Source: Felis catus
Lineage: Eukaryota
Assembly: GCF_018350175.1 (NCBI RefSeq)
Contig: NC_058379.1
Span: forward strand, 65,658,001 to 65,722,000
Length of the DNA stretch: 64,000 nucleotides
Direction: 5' to 3'
Both the position numbers and the translations under genes were made by a program. The notes under the pieces are model-generated. The model saw nothing but the letters and a program-made list of their open reading frames with translations. It was not told the origin of the DNA and did no database searches. Of this stretch, positions 37,507 to 49,939 are shown piece by piece (the stretch's first letter is position 1; every line of letters starts with the position of its first letter).

Positions 37507-39699
37507 AGTTGGTGGGGTTTTTTTGCATTACAAGGAAAGGACCTGATCATTGCATGGTTCAGCCAAAAGAAATGCTGTGGCTCTAAAGGACTGAGCACAT
37601 TTTAGTTTGTGCCTAATTTACAGCAAAATAATTTCTCTTTCCCATTAAACATCTGATCACTATTGTATCAAGACCTTTTGATTTCAGTCCTTCTCTTAAA
37701 AATCTTCCACTGGTTTCTTTCTCATCATTTCTCATCACCTCACTGCCCAGCACTCACTGCCCAGCACCCAGCTGGTGTCAAAGTGCAGATCATCTCAGGG
37801 AGTCTCACAAAGATCTCCTGGCTAAGGTTCTGTCACCATGCTGCCCAAAGTCACCCTCCTGCACTTTGCAAATAAACAACTTCTCCCCTGGAANNNNNNN
37901 NNNNNNNNNNNNNNNNNNNNNNNNNNNNNNNNNNNNNNNNNNNNNNNNNNNNNNNNNNNNNNNNNNNNNNNNNNNNNNNNNNNNNNNNNNNNNNNNNNNN
38001 NNNNNNNNNNNNNNNNNNNNNNNNNNNNNNNNNNNNNNNNNNNNNNNNNNNNNNNNNNNNNNNNNNNNNNNNNAAGCTGCCGTCTTCTTGGGGTTCCAAT
38101 TAGAAATCTGGAGACCACTAGGGTTGGAAGGGATCTCAGGAACTGTTCAGTCTTACATTAAGGATTAGGAGTCAAAAGCCCAAAAATGTATGGAGGCTCC
38201 CAGGTTTCCTGTGCTGTTAGTAGTAGAATCGAGGTCACAAGACAGCAACAGACTCCCAGTCTCAGCTCTCCATGAGATGTCAATACACGTCTCTCCTGCT
38301 GATTGGGCTGTTGCTGCTATAAAATGCAGCCGTCTACATGGAATTGTCTCTAGCTTTCCCTCCCCTGCCTTCTCTCTCTTGGTTGAACTCTCTTTGATAA
38401 TCTGGACTTCTAACCTAGAGAACCAACTTCTAGGGCTGTAGGACAGAAGATTGGGAGGCTCAGATGCCGTGCAGGCTCTGTGAGTAATCTGTAACCACAT
38501 TTTCTTAACCTCTTCCCTTCTCTCCCTGTCCTCCTGCCAATCTTAGGCAGCCTCACCGCTTCTATTATGCTCCTTCCCTTCCCTAGAGGCTTGCCTTGAG
38601 GCATGGCACCTTCTGTCACCCAAATATCTAACAAGCACCAGTCAAGTCTACATCCCTGCTGGCCAGGGCAGGGTGGGAAGCTGTGGCAAGAGACCAAGCA
38701 TTCAATTACTCAATCAGGCAATTAACCAATGCCCAAGTTGGAAGAGTAACAGTGTGGATTTGGGAGATTTGGGCTACACGCTGGCATGGACATTAACAAG
38801 CTGTAAGTTCTCAATATTTCTTTAAGGCACAGGGCAAATAGCTCCTCCTCCCCGACACTTTTTTTCTGGACTTGATCTCATTTCTCAGATTTAATTAACA
38901 GCCCCTCCTCCTGTTCCAACTTGTGCAAACCACTATTTTACTTTGTATAATTTATACTTTTCTGAGCTGTTTACATGTCTCTTTTCCAGGTTAAATTGTG
39001 CATCTCTTTGTCTCCTAAAGTCCTGAGCATCTTGCACAGTGTCTGCCACATATAAATGCTTAGCAAGTGTTTGACAAATGATGGAATGAGTAAACTATGT
39101 CATAAAAGCCTCTCCAGACTTCAATTTTTGCATCAGGAAAATAATGTAGTTGGACTTTCTCAACTTAATTCTGTGACTCTAAGATATTATTTCACCCACT
39201 GTGTACTCAAATTCTGGTAGGAGTTACTAAGAATCAAGGGAGGTATGAAACCTGTTCTTGCCCCTCACAAGTCTAGTTAGAAAGACAAACCCATTCGGTA
39301 AAGAAAGTCATTTCAGGCTAAGCTGGTTGGTTTTAGTTGATGTAACAGAGATTCAGAGAAGAGAGAGATCTCTGCCAAGTGGGGCATTTAAAGATGGTTC
39401 TTGATGGTAGTAGGTGGGTGGGCACAGGGTGGGAGCAAAGAGGAGATGACTATGGGAGCCACAGCATGGCTTTGAGGCAGGAGTGTAAGCAGAATGGGAA
39501 TGGGAACCTCTAGAGCTATGGTCCATGATTTCTGACTGTCAATTCAATAAGAGACATTTACAACTAGTATTTGGTTCTTTTTTCTTGCTAATACCTCTAG
39601 CCTCTCACTTTCTACCTACTTCTTTCTAAAGATAGGTTCTTATATCTCTGTCTCAGTAAAACACGTTGTTGCCCATGCTATTCTCTCAGAATATTCCAT

Positions 39700-40985
39700 T
39701 ACCTCCTTAACCTCTTTTAAATGTGGCTTCCATCACTGCTTCCACTGCTCAAACAACCTCCTGAAATATGACTGTTTCTTCTACCATGTGCTGATGCTAC
39801 TTTCTAAAGGTTTCCAAAACATCTGTAATTGCCAAACCTCAAAGCTATTGCTTATTACTAGTCCTCCTTGACCTCTGACACTATTTGATCTATTGACCAC
39901 CAACCCAGCTTTCTTGAGATGTAACCTCTGAATTATGTGGTCTCGTCAGTGGTGACTTCATCACAAACTTCATTCTCTGTGGGGTTTTTTTTTCACTCCC
40001 TCCTCTTCTTCCTTAAACACAGTTGAGGATCCTTACCCTCAGTCCCTTGATGGTTACATCTTTTCATATAACATTGGCTTCTACCCATATGACTTGTAAA
40101 CCCCTGATACAAACTGCACCTCCTATCCCAAGCTTTGGACGCTGGTTTCCGACTACCAGTCAAACTCTCAGCCTGAAGTCAAAACTGGTGTCTAAGCCCC
40201 AGGCATTTCTATTTTTCCTTAACCTAGTTTTTTTTTTAACTTCCTCCCTACTCCCCCTTTCCTTTCCCAGCTACATTTATTCCAAAGCTAATGCCTTATA
40301 GATTCTCCCACTCTAGCATCTCAGATTCATCCTCTTCTTTTTATTTTTGGTTCACCCTTTTGTTTGGGTAATCTCTACCTCACAGACACCTGCCCGATCA
40401 CTCTTATTTCCAATCCATTTAAAACTACCAAATGTACCTTTTCTATGGTATGGTTCTTATTATTCCTCTTCTCTGGTTGAAAGCCTTCCATGATTCTCTA
40501 TTACCTACTGAACTTAAAATAAACCCTTGGTCTAGGCATCTGAGCCTCTGTCTTCTGTGGCCCTATCTTCTAGCTTTGCCTCCTACCACTATCTACTCAA
40601 CCACCCAGTTACAGATATCTTGACCTTTCCAGAGTTGTCCCACAAATTCCTATCTCTTTTGCTTTCTCAAGCTCACCTCTCTTCTTGGAAGATCCTACCC
40701 CCAACAATTACCATAAAAATTTACATATACATCAAAATTCCTGTGAAATTATCATTTCCTTCTTTGACGCAAAAACTACTATAATGTTTCTCTTTATTTC
40801 TCCCCTAAGGCACTTAGATATTTTACTTTGAATTTACATTTATCTGTGGGCTCCAAACTAGACAGTAAGCTCTTAAGACTGGGGGCTAGGTCTTACTTGT
40901 TTCTGAATTCTCTGGAGTACTTAACACAGTGCCTTAAAGGCTCCCATTAAGAAGTGAATTGAATTGAACTGAACTGAATTGAAAT
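39700..40985 (+). mobile_element. L2 fragment(s) including 3' end
   Basis: ctccttgacctctgacactatttga, gccttccatgattctctattacct and ctagacagtaagctcttaag, ending in a (tgaat)-like tail. Confidence 0.7.
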
Positions 40986-41639
40986 ATTGGTAAAGAGGTC
41001 TGAAGACCGTTCCCTTTATTCCTCATCTCTAGAGTAAAATCTTTGGAGAACTACTTCTTGAAAAGAATCTCTGAGCTACAGCACAGCTCACATTTAGAAT
41101 TGAAATTGGATTACCATCTCCCATCTCTAGTGGAAACTGACTTCAAAGGGTTCCGGAAGTAGTTTTTCCTTTAAAACTCTTGAGATAACATAATAGAGGC
41201 AAGTGATTCAGCAGAAGGTATCTGGGCTTAGACAATTGTCCTGAATTCTAATTTATTCTTGCATATGCAGCCACATTAATATGCCATTTCACTGATGCTC
41301 TTAGGGAGGTAAAAATTAGACTATGATATAGCTCCTGCCCTCAAGTTTAGGATCTTTATGGAAATCTATAAGAAGAGGATTCATGTCTATTTTATACAGC
41401 AAGGTATCCACAGAGCCTGGAAAACATAAGTGTGCAACACATTTTTATCAAATGGATCTGATAGGGAGATGATACCTGACCAAAGAGCTAATTAAATTAG
41501 CAAATGATCAAATAAAAAAAGATAGAAAGTGACTGCATCTTATTAATCCTTGAATCCCCTACCTGACCCTCACTCCCACCTAGAATCTAACACACTGCCT
41601 GGAACAACCCAGATGGACATGGTGGAGATGGAATAGCCA

Positions 41640-42240
41640 CAGGTGTCATGGAATACAAACTTCCACCTAGTACAGGTTCTGTTCTCAAGTGTCCTTGACA
41701 AAATGTCCTCCAGGCTGTACTTAAATTCCCTTAAGAATAATAAGCTTTCTGACATCTACATTGTTGGACATCTCTTCATGTTAAAAAGACAATTCCTATA
41801 TTTAGCCAAAGCTGGCTTCTTATAAATTCCACCCACTAGTCCTAATTCTGCCTCCAAAGTAACATGGTGAATCTATTTTCTCTTCCATGTGATGGCCTTT
41901 CCCATGTCTAAAGGAAGCTATCATGTCTCCACCATGTGACCTATTCTCCAGGCTAACTGCTCCTGCCCTCATTCTCTCAACTGTTCTATGACCTGGTTTC
42001 AGAGCCACTCTTCATAATCACTAGCCTCTTCTGAATGTGCTACAAGTACCCACTGATCCTCTAAAATGTGGTTCCCAGACCTGAGAAAAATACTGTCTTT
42101 GTGCTCTGTTGAAACTACTTACCTTCCACAACTGAGCCCCATCCACTGCTTAATGAGGCCCAGGAGCACACCAAATTTTATCAGAGCTTCATCACTATTT
42201 GCTTACATTATTATTATATTAAAACTTCATGCCCATTTTA
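41640..42240 (-). mobile_element. L3 (CR1-type LINE) 3' fragment
   Basis: ORF 41820-42008 (SLENRSHGGDMIASFRHGKGHHMEE...GRIRTSGWNL) resembles the CR1 ORF2 C-terminal motif SLEKRRLRGDMIAVFKYLKG...GRTR.NGWKL. Confidence 0.8.
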
Positions 42241-42482
42241 GATAAAATCCTCCCCATCCTCTAATTTTGTGGTTATCACAGTATTTGACTATGGCCAAAA
42301 AGAATGTTATGCATGTCCTCCATGCATGGACTGGTAGGAGTAATATGATAGATAAGGAAAGGGACTCTCCCCAAACCAGCCAAGGATGATCATTTCCTAT
42401 CTCACCTACCAAATAGCACAGTAATACTAATCCTACCTTCCTCACCAGAGTAATGTAAGGCTCAAATAAAAAAGTTAGATTT

Positions 42483-42705
42483 GGGGCACCTGGGTTAAGC
42501 ATGGAAGTTGGAAGTTAAGCATCCAACTTCAGCTCAGGTCATGACCTCGCAGTTTGTGGGTTCGAGCCCCATGTCGGGCTCTGTGCTGACAGCTCGGAGC
42601 CTGGAGCCTGCTTCAGATTCTGTGTCTCCTTCTCTCTCTGCCCTTCCCCCACTTGTGCTCTGTCTCTCCCTATCAAAAATAAGTATATGTAAAAAAATGT
42701 TTTTT
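42483..42705 (+). mobile_element. CanSINE with rearranged head, inserted in a MIR
   Basis: SINE body and tail intact; TSD AAAGTTAGATTTG at 42471-42483 and 42706-42718. Confidence 0.93.
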
Positions 42706-42970
42706 AAAGTTAGATTTGAAAGGGATTTGAAAAATTGAAGCAGAGACTCAAGTAGAAATTATTAAGATGATTCATTCTCCTCAAATCCCTGTGCCTTGCA
42801 ACTATCTCCTGGTGGCATCCACTATACTCTCTGGGCCTCTCCCCTATGGTGGTGGTAAAGGTCAGCCCTGTTCAGTAGTATCATGCCCTGGAAAGAATGG
42901 GGCCTGGGTACCACAAGCCTAGCCCTTACTGTGTGTCTTTCCATGGCAATCCATTTAGCCTTATGGAAAT

Positions 42971-43508
42971 TCTCAATATCCTCCAGCCAAAGACCATCAG
43001 GAGCATACTACAGTTAAACATGTTGGGCTTATTACTCTTTGCAGCAAGGGAGAATGCACACCATGAGGAACCACAGGACATTGCAGTAATAGGGTGTTAG
43101 AAAGAGCCTATTACAGTCTTTGGGCCTTGGTTGCATGATGTGAGACAGGGTCTAAGGAAATAAATATTTTCTCTAGATTGGATGCTATAACAAGTGGGGA
43201 AGAGTCTTATCTTCATCTCATCTACAGTGAGAATATGGATAAATCTATGACTGGTAAAGAAGTAAAAGTCACTCATTTTACCCACAGTTTGATATTTGTG
43301 GGTGGCATGGTGGCCTTGTTTTTGTCTATGTTTAGACAAAATTATGAAGTGACCTTGCTTTGTCTTATTTTATTATGGTCTCAGAATAACCTTGTCTGAA
43401 TTTAATATTCTTTGAGATTGTTTTAGTCCAATAAGAGAATAACATGACCTAGATGTGAGTGCCAGGCCAGCTTTCCGATGTCAGGAGCTGTTCTTTATTT
43501 TCTTTTCC
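42971..43508 (-). mobile_element. Old ERV1 solo LTR, MER89/MER67-like
   Basis: About 540 bp; cctccagccaaagaccatcagg, agggagaatgcacaccatg, tctagattggatgct and gtgagtgccaggccagct follow the recalled antisense consensus. Confidence 0.75.
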
Positions 43509-44880
43509 AAAATTAATTTAACTATTTACTGAACCTCCTTAAATTTTAGTTTCCTCATCTGGAAAACAGAAATCACAATTCTAAGCACTGTGTTGGGGAT
43601 CGAAAGCGGTAACATTTGTGAAAATGCTTTGTTAACTCTACAGTTGTTTGACAAATATGGAACTGCCTTGGCCAGTTCTGTTCTCCAAATCCATGACCTG
43701 TAGAATTTCTCAAGTTTTCCTGGGCCATATTACCTTCATATTACCCCTCAGGAACTAACACATCTTACCTAGAACTTCATAGCTTGAGTCTTCTGAGAAA
43801 GCTGCTCTTGAATTCTTCTGATAAACCTCTCTCCATAGATGAAGCTAGCCAGTCTTCCTCACTTGTTAGACAGTAAGTTATCTTCTCCACCAGCGGAAGC
43901 TGAGCTGTCTTGTAGGACAGAATCTAGCAGGCTTAATCCAGGCAGTTGATAGTGACACTGAGCATATATTTGATTAATTAATCATTGCACTCTTCAAATC
44001 AAAACATAATTGGATATTAGATTTGGAAGACACTAGACATATTCTTGACCAAGCCTCTTATTTTATAGTTTAAGAAATTAAGGATCATAAAAGAAAAGAC
44101 CTCCAGCATTTAGTTTTCTGTGGTCTTTTGACTATAATTATCCCAAACTACATGAGCCACAAAGACACAGAATGGGATTTTATATATTCCCTTTGCTTCC
44201 AGATCCTGGCCTGAACCAATTGAGAGCTTCAGCATTTGAGTTAATATTTTATTATTTTCTTCTTCACTGTGTCTTGAGAATAGCTCTGAGGGATCCAGTA
44301 ATATGGACTATAAATGCTTTAAGGGGCAGACTGGTAGGAGACAAAAATGTGACTCCAGCTTAATTCAAGTAACATTTTGGAATAATACTTGTGCTAGATG
44401 TTGGAGATACAGAAAATAACACAAATTCTACCTTCAAAGAGTTTATGCTATTATAAGAAAGATAGTACATGTCAGAGTGTATTGAGGAATATAATGAGTG
44501 TCAAGGACAATGGTATTTCATTCTACCTAAAGGTATAGGAGAAGACCATGCAAAAAAGTTATTTATGCTAGAGTAAGTCTATATGACTTGCTCTGCAGTA
44601 TCCCAGCTACCCATATTACGTTTCCCAGGTTCTCCCCAGTAAACTCTTTCCACCCTACTTTTGCTACCTAGAAACTAAATGATTACCCACACTGCATTAT
44701 TAGAAAGAACCATATGCCCTTATGGGTTACAGTGAGTTTAAGTCAGGTGCCATTAGTCCCTGGAAATATTTGTATTTTAGGCCTAATTTCTACATAAAGA
44801 ACTTATGAAAGTTCTGGTCACTTGGTGGGCCTTCATAAATACTCCTAATATATCAAATAACACCAATATTTTCAAATGTC

Positions 44881-45107
44881 TTTTTTTTTTAATTTTTTTT
44901 TTAACGTTTTTTATTTATTTTTGGGACAGAGAGAGACAGAGCATGAACGGGGGAGGGGCAGAGAGAGAGGGAGACACAGAATCGGAAACAGGCTCCAGGC
45001 TCTGAGCCATCAGCCCAGAGCCTGACGCGGGGCTCGAACTCACAGACTGCGAGATCGTGACCTGGCTGAAGTCGGACGCTTAACCGACTGCGCCACCCAG
45101 GCGCCCC
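44881..45107 (-). mobile_element. Very young CanSINE (SINEC_Fc) with TSD
   Basis: Most CpGs intact (gacgcggggctcgaac, gtcggacgcttaaccgactgcgccacccaggcgcccc); TSD TCAAATGTCTTTTTTT starting at 44872 and 45108. Confidence 0.97.
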
Positions 45108-45254
45108 TCAAATGTCTTTTTTTATACTTCATGTCACTGTTTTGAAAAGAGCTGCTAGATATGCATTTGTTCTGTGACCATGGCAGTCTTGTGTAATATA
45201 TGGCAGAGGAAGAGTTTAGTTTAGAACTGTGAAAACCTTTAAAATTGTCTCATC

Positions 45255-45456
45255 CAGTGATGGCAAACAGTTTTACTCTCAAGAAAAAGCTCTGTTTGGT
45301 TGATAATGGCTGTTTCAAATGCAGCGTTGAAAGGGATTCTGAGTCTAGTTCAGTAGGAAAGAGTACCATAATCTATTAGCACTATGTGCTATGGGCCTTG
45401 ACTGCCTGGCTTTTTTTTTTTTTTTTGGCTTTTGTACTACACATTTGCCTTCCCTG
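45255..45456. mobile_element. hAT-Charlie MITE, MER117-like
   Basis: TIRs cagtgatggcaaa ... tttgccttccctg; internal gattctgag and ggaaagagtaccat. Confidence 0.7.
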
Positions 45457-45480
45457 ATGTATTCCAGTACCTGGATTTGT

Positions 45481-45481
<1 letters not shown>

Positions 45482-45512
<31 letters not shown>
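45482..45512. repeat. Poly(A)31 followed by a MIR fragment (about 45520-45620, minus strand)
   Basis: Read directly; aagtgacttgcccaagatcacaca downstream. Confidence 0.9.
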
Positions 45513-45513
<1 letters not shown>

Positions 45514-47099
45514 CAAATTAAAAACCAGAGAGGAAAGTGACTTGCCCAAGATCACACAATGAGTTAAGACCAAGTAGGAACAAGACCCATGTCTCTTGAT
45601 TCCAAGTATATTGCTTTTCCTATAATCCTAGGCAGCCCCCAGAAGCAGGTTCTATGCTGGCTGTCTGCAGAAAATAGAGGACATTGGCCTATTGTATGCT
45701 AAAACAGCTCAGCTGCATGTGGAAAACATAGTGACCATATGGAAGTGCCTTCAGCCAAAGGCACTTCCGAACTCCATCCAGCTCTTAGAATCCCAGAGGC
45801 TGGGAGTTAAAATGGGCTTAGCAGTCGTCTAGTAAAAGTATCCAGCCAGTCGGCAGCTTCCCTGATGGTCCTAAACAAAATTTGGATGTAGGCAAGATTT
45901 ATATTTGTTACACTCCCATCATCCCATTACATCCTTGCCTTCTCTACTTCTCCCCAACCTCCTGGGGCTCCTTTCATGGGCCTCCAGGTGTTCATACCCT
46001 TATGATGCTCTCAGTGTAGACCTTCAACCAGGCTTAGTCTTGCCCCAAGTTGTTCCATAACTCAAAATATCTGCGTCACTATCCCTGCCAAATGTTATAT
46101 AAAAGCAATCTGAAAAATATCCTTGGGTGGCTGCCCTGGGTTCTGCTTTCCAGGCTTCTTTACTTCCTTCACTTCTGGACCTATCAATTCCCTCTTCTTT
46201 CTCACTGCAGTCCCCAAGGGGCCTCTGACAGTGAGATGAGGTGAGAAGAATGAGTGAGGTTAATCTGAGATTCATTTGTGGAATGGATTTGAGAAGGACC
46301 AATATCAAGGGTAAATCCCCAGAAACATGAACAAGTACAGGAAGCCAAAAAGAGTCTCCGGGTTGGCTGAGAGCGGGGAGAGAATTGCTCTTATATACAG
46401 CATGCTAGCATAGGCACTGCAGAAGGAAATAGAGACTGGATGTAAATTACAGTTCTTTGAAAATGAAAGAGCTGAGACTAGAAGCCTTTGCACTTTTTCT
46501 TAAACCACTGGGACCTAACCCATGCACCAAAAGGAGGAGTAAGAGCTTGAGGGCACCATATAGATCCTCTCTTCCCCTGGCTGTGACATCCTGGCTTCAC
46601 ATCCAACAGTTGATTTCACCTTCAGAGTAAAGAGCAGCATGGAACCCTTCCTGGCAATCCATGAACAAGTTTTGCTGCTATAAAGTGAATGGATCAGACT
46701 GTTGCTCTCTGCGGGTTCTCTCTCCATAGAGCTAGGATTTTCTGTGTTCTTCAATGGAAATCAGCCGACAGACTTTATAAAGGAAACATTCCCCACTTTC
46801 TTGTGGATGCAGAGGATGCTCCAAAGTCATCCCCAATCTGCCTTGACCTGTCTCTGAAGATAGGGATGGATTTAGGATGGACTGTTAGGCACTGCTGCCC
46901 TCTGCTGGGTGGTATGTAGCCAACTGACCCCACAAGGTGTTCTGTCCACCCCCAGCTGCCCAGCCACTGTCTCTGTGGTCCCCTCTCGTAATCTATCTTG
47001 CACCTCATGTGCAAGTGGAAAACCACAAAGAAACTGAGGACCCAGGAGGGTGTATGTACCTGTATGTGTTGAGGGCAGATGGCACGTAAGTATAAAACC

Positions 47100-47710
47100 C
47101 AAATGGCCAGTTGTCCTCAATTAGGTGAAAGCTCTCTGTGACTCGAGCGAGACCTTAACCGAGGTATCATTCAGCTGACAGCCCCTCGCTGGTTACCGGC
47201 ATGATAACACCTTCAAGCAGAGATGACCAGGGGGCTTTCAAGCTTTACCTGCCTTCTGCTACTGATGAGCTAAAGCACAGAAGCAAAATGGGAATAATTG
47301 GATGGCAGGGGAACATCAGGATATTGTAATTGTTCTCCTTGGAGATGAAAAGGGAAGCTGAAAAACATCTGCACGCTGAAATCTGCTCCGATGTGCTAAG
47401 TGGGCCAAGAAAACCTGCCGCCACGAAGTGGGGCTAATTTACTGCTCTAATCACCAGCATCCAATCTGAAGCCAGACATTATCTTAAAGTACACACCAGT
47501 TCCAGGTGGTGCACAGCAAATGTTTGATTAGTGCTACCAAATTCCCTGCAACTTGATAACGCTTCTAAGCACGCAGGAGTCACAGGGCGGCTCTCCAATG
47601 GTGGGGGCTGCTGCTGGCTTGGCAGCAGGCTATTTACCCTTAGGTCACAACCTCCCCCAAGAAGCGCAGCTCAGCCCTCTTCCCAGGGTGCTGAGGTAGT
47701 GGGTTTACAC
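47100..47710 (+). promoter_or_regulatory. Candidate regulatory block (enhancer- or promoter-like)
   Basis: No recognisable repeat; 13 CpGs in 47140-47670; GGGCGG 47585-47590, CCAAT 47595-47599, TATTTA 47631-47636; motif evidence only. Confidence 0.35.
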
Positions 47711-47729
47711 AGAAAAAAAAAGAAAGAAA

Positions 47730-47771
<42 letters not shown>

Positions 47772-47781
47772 ACGAACGAAC
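47711..47781. repeat. (GAAA)n microsatellite with (GAAC)3 tail
   Basis: Read directly. Confidence 0.95.
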
Positions 47782-47884
47782 TTAGCAGAGGCACAAGGAA
47801 GTAGATTTAGTAGATGAAGAACCAGACTGTTTCCAGTAAAGCTTGAAAATGAACTAGAGGGAGAGTGGGGGGATTAAAAACCCA

Positions 47885-48080
47885 TATAGTGTTTGCTATG
47901 TCCCAGGTGCTGAGTATTTTATATATTTAGCATCCTCACATAATAGTACATGGTTACATCACTGTTTTCCCATTTTGCAGATGAGAACTGAGGTGTAGAT
48001 AATTTAACTGACTCACCCAAGATAACTCAGCTAGGAAATTATGGAGTCATAATTTGAATGCAGAACTGACTTTAAAAGCC
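47885..48080 (-). mobile_element. MIR
   Basis: cccattttgcagatgagaactgaggt...tgactcacccaagataactcagcta. Confidence 0.8.
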
Positions 48081-49009
48081 TTCAAAGTAAATGGCTCTGA
48101 TGGACACAGGAGTTCAAATGAGGTACTGCAGATGTTAGGATGTTCTAGAGGTTACACGGAAAAGTAAGAGGAAGACTAGAAGCCAATCAATGGCTTCAGA
48201 TAAGATGAAAATAAATAAACTGGAAGCAGCCGAGGTCTTCCCTGAGCCCTTCCATGTCCCCAGGACTGCATTGAGTGCCATGAGCGAAGTGAAAAGCACA
48301 GTGCTTGCCCTCAAGGAGCTCAGGGTCTATTTGAAGGAGAGGAGATTGTTTGGCCCAGAAAGGAGAGGTGCTTGGGGTTCAGTGTTGAGAGCTGCACTGA
48401 CAAAAGATGACTCAAATCAGCAGAGAAAGGAACATATGCCAAATGGTGGAGGTGCAAGTGATGGTGGTGAGTTATTCTGGGGTAAATGAGGAGGACCAGA
48501 TGAGAAATTACATCTGCCTAGCTGGAGTGGGTTCAAAAATTGCAGCTGGAAGCTACTTCTGGCTGGCTTTTAAAACCCAAACTGAAGGGTCAAAGGTCTT
48601 GTGGAAATTTCATAGATGGGAGGGGAGATCATATTAAAACTGAAGAGAAGACAAGGTAGAGTGAGGATTGGTGACAAGGAACTCAGTTTTCATGACACCT
48701 AGAGTTGGAGCTGTTTCCTGCAGTGTCCTCTACAAATCAAAGAGCCCAGGAGGGTCTGAAAACCAGGGCCAACCACAACCTTGTGGTCTGAAGGCCCACA
48801 GCACCCCCTAATGGACCCAAGCATCGCCTCCATACCTGGCTTCTCCCCTTCTTCCATCATAGCTCACCTCCTGGGGTCCCGTCCCAAAAAGACTCACGTC
48901 TTGCTGAGTGGCAGTGTGCACAGCTACATTAACAGTTACACAGAGTCTTGCTAACATGTAATCCTACAGTCCCCCTCCATTCAAGGGGCCTGCTTTCAGA
49001 AGCAGAACA

Positions 49010-49260
49010 TCACTGTGGTTGTCAGCATGGACTCTGGCTGGGATTTGAGTTTTTGCAGCGATATCAACTGGCTGTGGGACCTCCAGCATGTTACTTGACC
49101 CTCCCTGAAACCTCGGTTTCCTCAACTGTAGAAATGGAATGATGACAGTACTTACCTTTCAGGGACACTGTGAAGGTTGATGGTAATGTATGCAAACCAC
49201 TTGGCATATAACCAGGCACAGGATGAGCACATGCAATAAATAGCAGCTTGTTAGTAGTAA
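49010..49260 (+). mobile_element. MIR, near full length
   Basis: gttacttgaccctccctgaaacctcggtttcctcaactgtagaaatgg...caataaatagcagct. Confidence 0.85.
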
Positions 49261-49553
49261 TAGAATTGTGATTCAATCTGAATTATTCTCTATGAACATT
49301 CTATGAATGTTAACTCTCTCTCCCTCCAGACCTGGGCTCAAACTGTTTGTGGAATGCTCGTATCTAAATTACAGTTTTTCTCTAAACTGGGCCTAGCCCA
49401 GTTGCCACTTCTTCCGTTGGATTTTCCCGTACACTCTACACATTAAGGAATCGCTCTCCTTAAGAATTTTGCTGTATCTCCTTTACATCTTTCTTCCTTA
49501 TAATATAGTTGTGTTTGCCCACGTCCTGTTTCTGTCTTATAAGGATGAGCTGC

Positions 49554-49939
49554 CTATTTTAGTCAAAATAGGCCAGGCTATGCTGCAGCATCAAATGACT
49601 CCCAGTCTCAAAGGTTTTAAACACTCACTCTCTCACGTTCCTTGTCCGTCGTCTGGGGGGCTCTGCTCGTGGCAGTCACTCAGGGGCCAGACTCAACCAC
49701 TGTCTCACACTTTCCTGGTCACCATGCATGAAGAAGAGTACTGGGAGGGTCTCACACCAGCACTTAAATGCTCCAGCATGAAAGTAGAACCCATGACTTC
49801 TTGCCACAGCTCATAGGCAAACTGATCATATACCCTGTCCCCAACGCAGGGAGGCAGTAAATACAATCCTACCATGTGCCTCCTCACCCCCAAGGTGAGG
49901 AGAACTGGCTATTGGTGAGAATGAGTCGTGGGTACTACA
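49554..49939 (-). mobile_element. ERVL-MaLR solo LTR, MLT1I-like
   Basis: ttagtcaaaataggccaggctatgctgcag...ggggggctctgctc...ggagggtctcacaccagcacttaaatgctcc...caatcctaccatgtgcc. Confidence 0.8.

Noticed and set aside
47692-47710. let-7-like string TGAGGTAGTGGGTTTACAC
   Set aside because: Only the 5' part matches, and the downstream sequence is (GAAA)n, so no pre-miRNA hairpin can form
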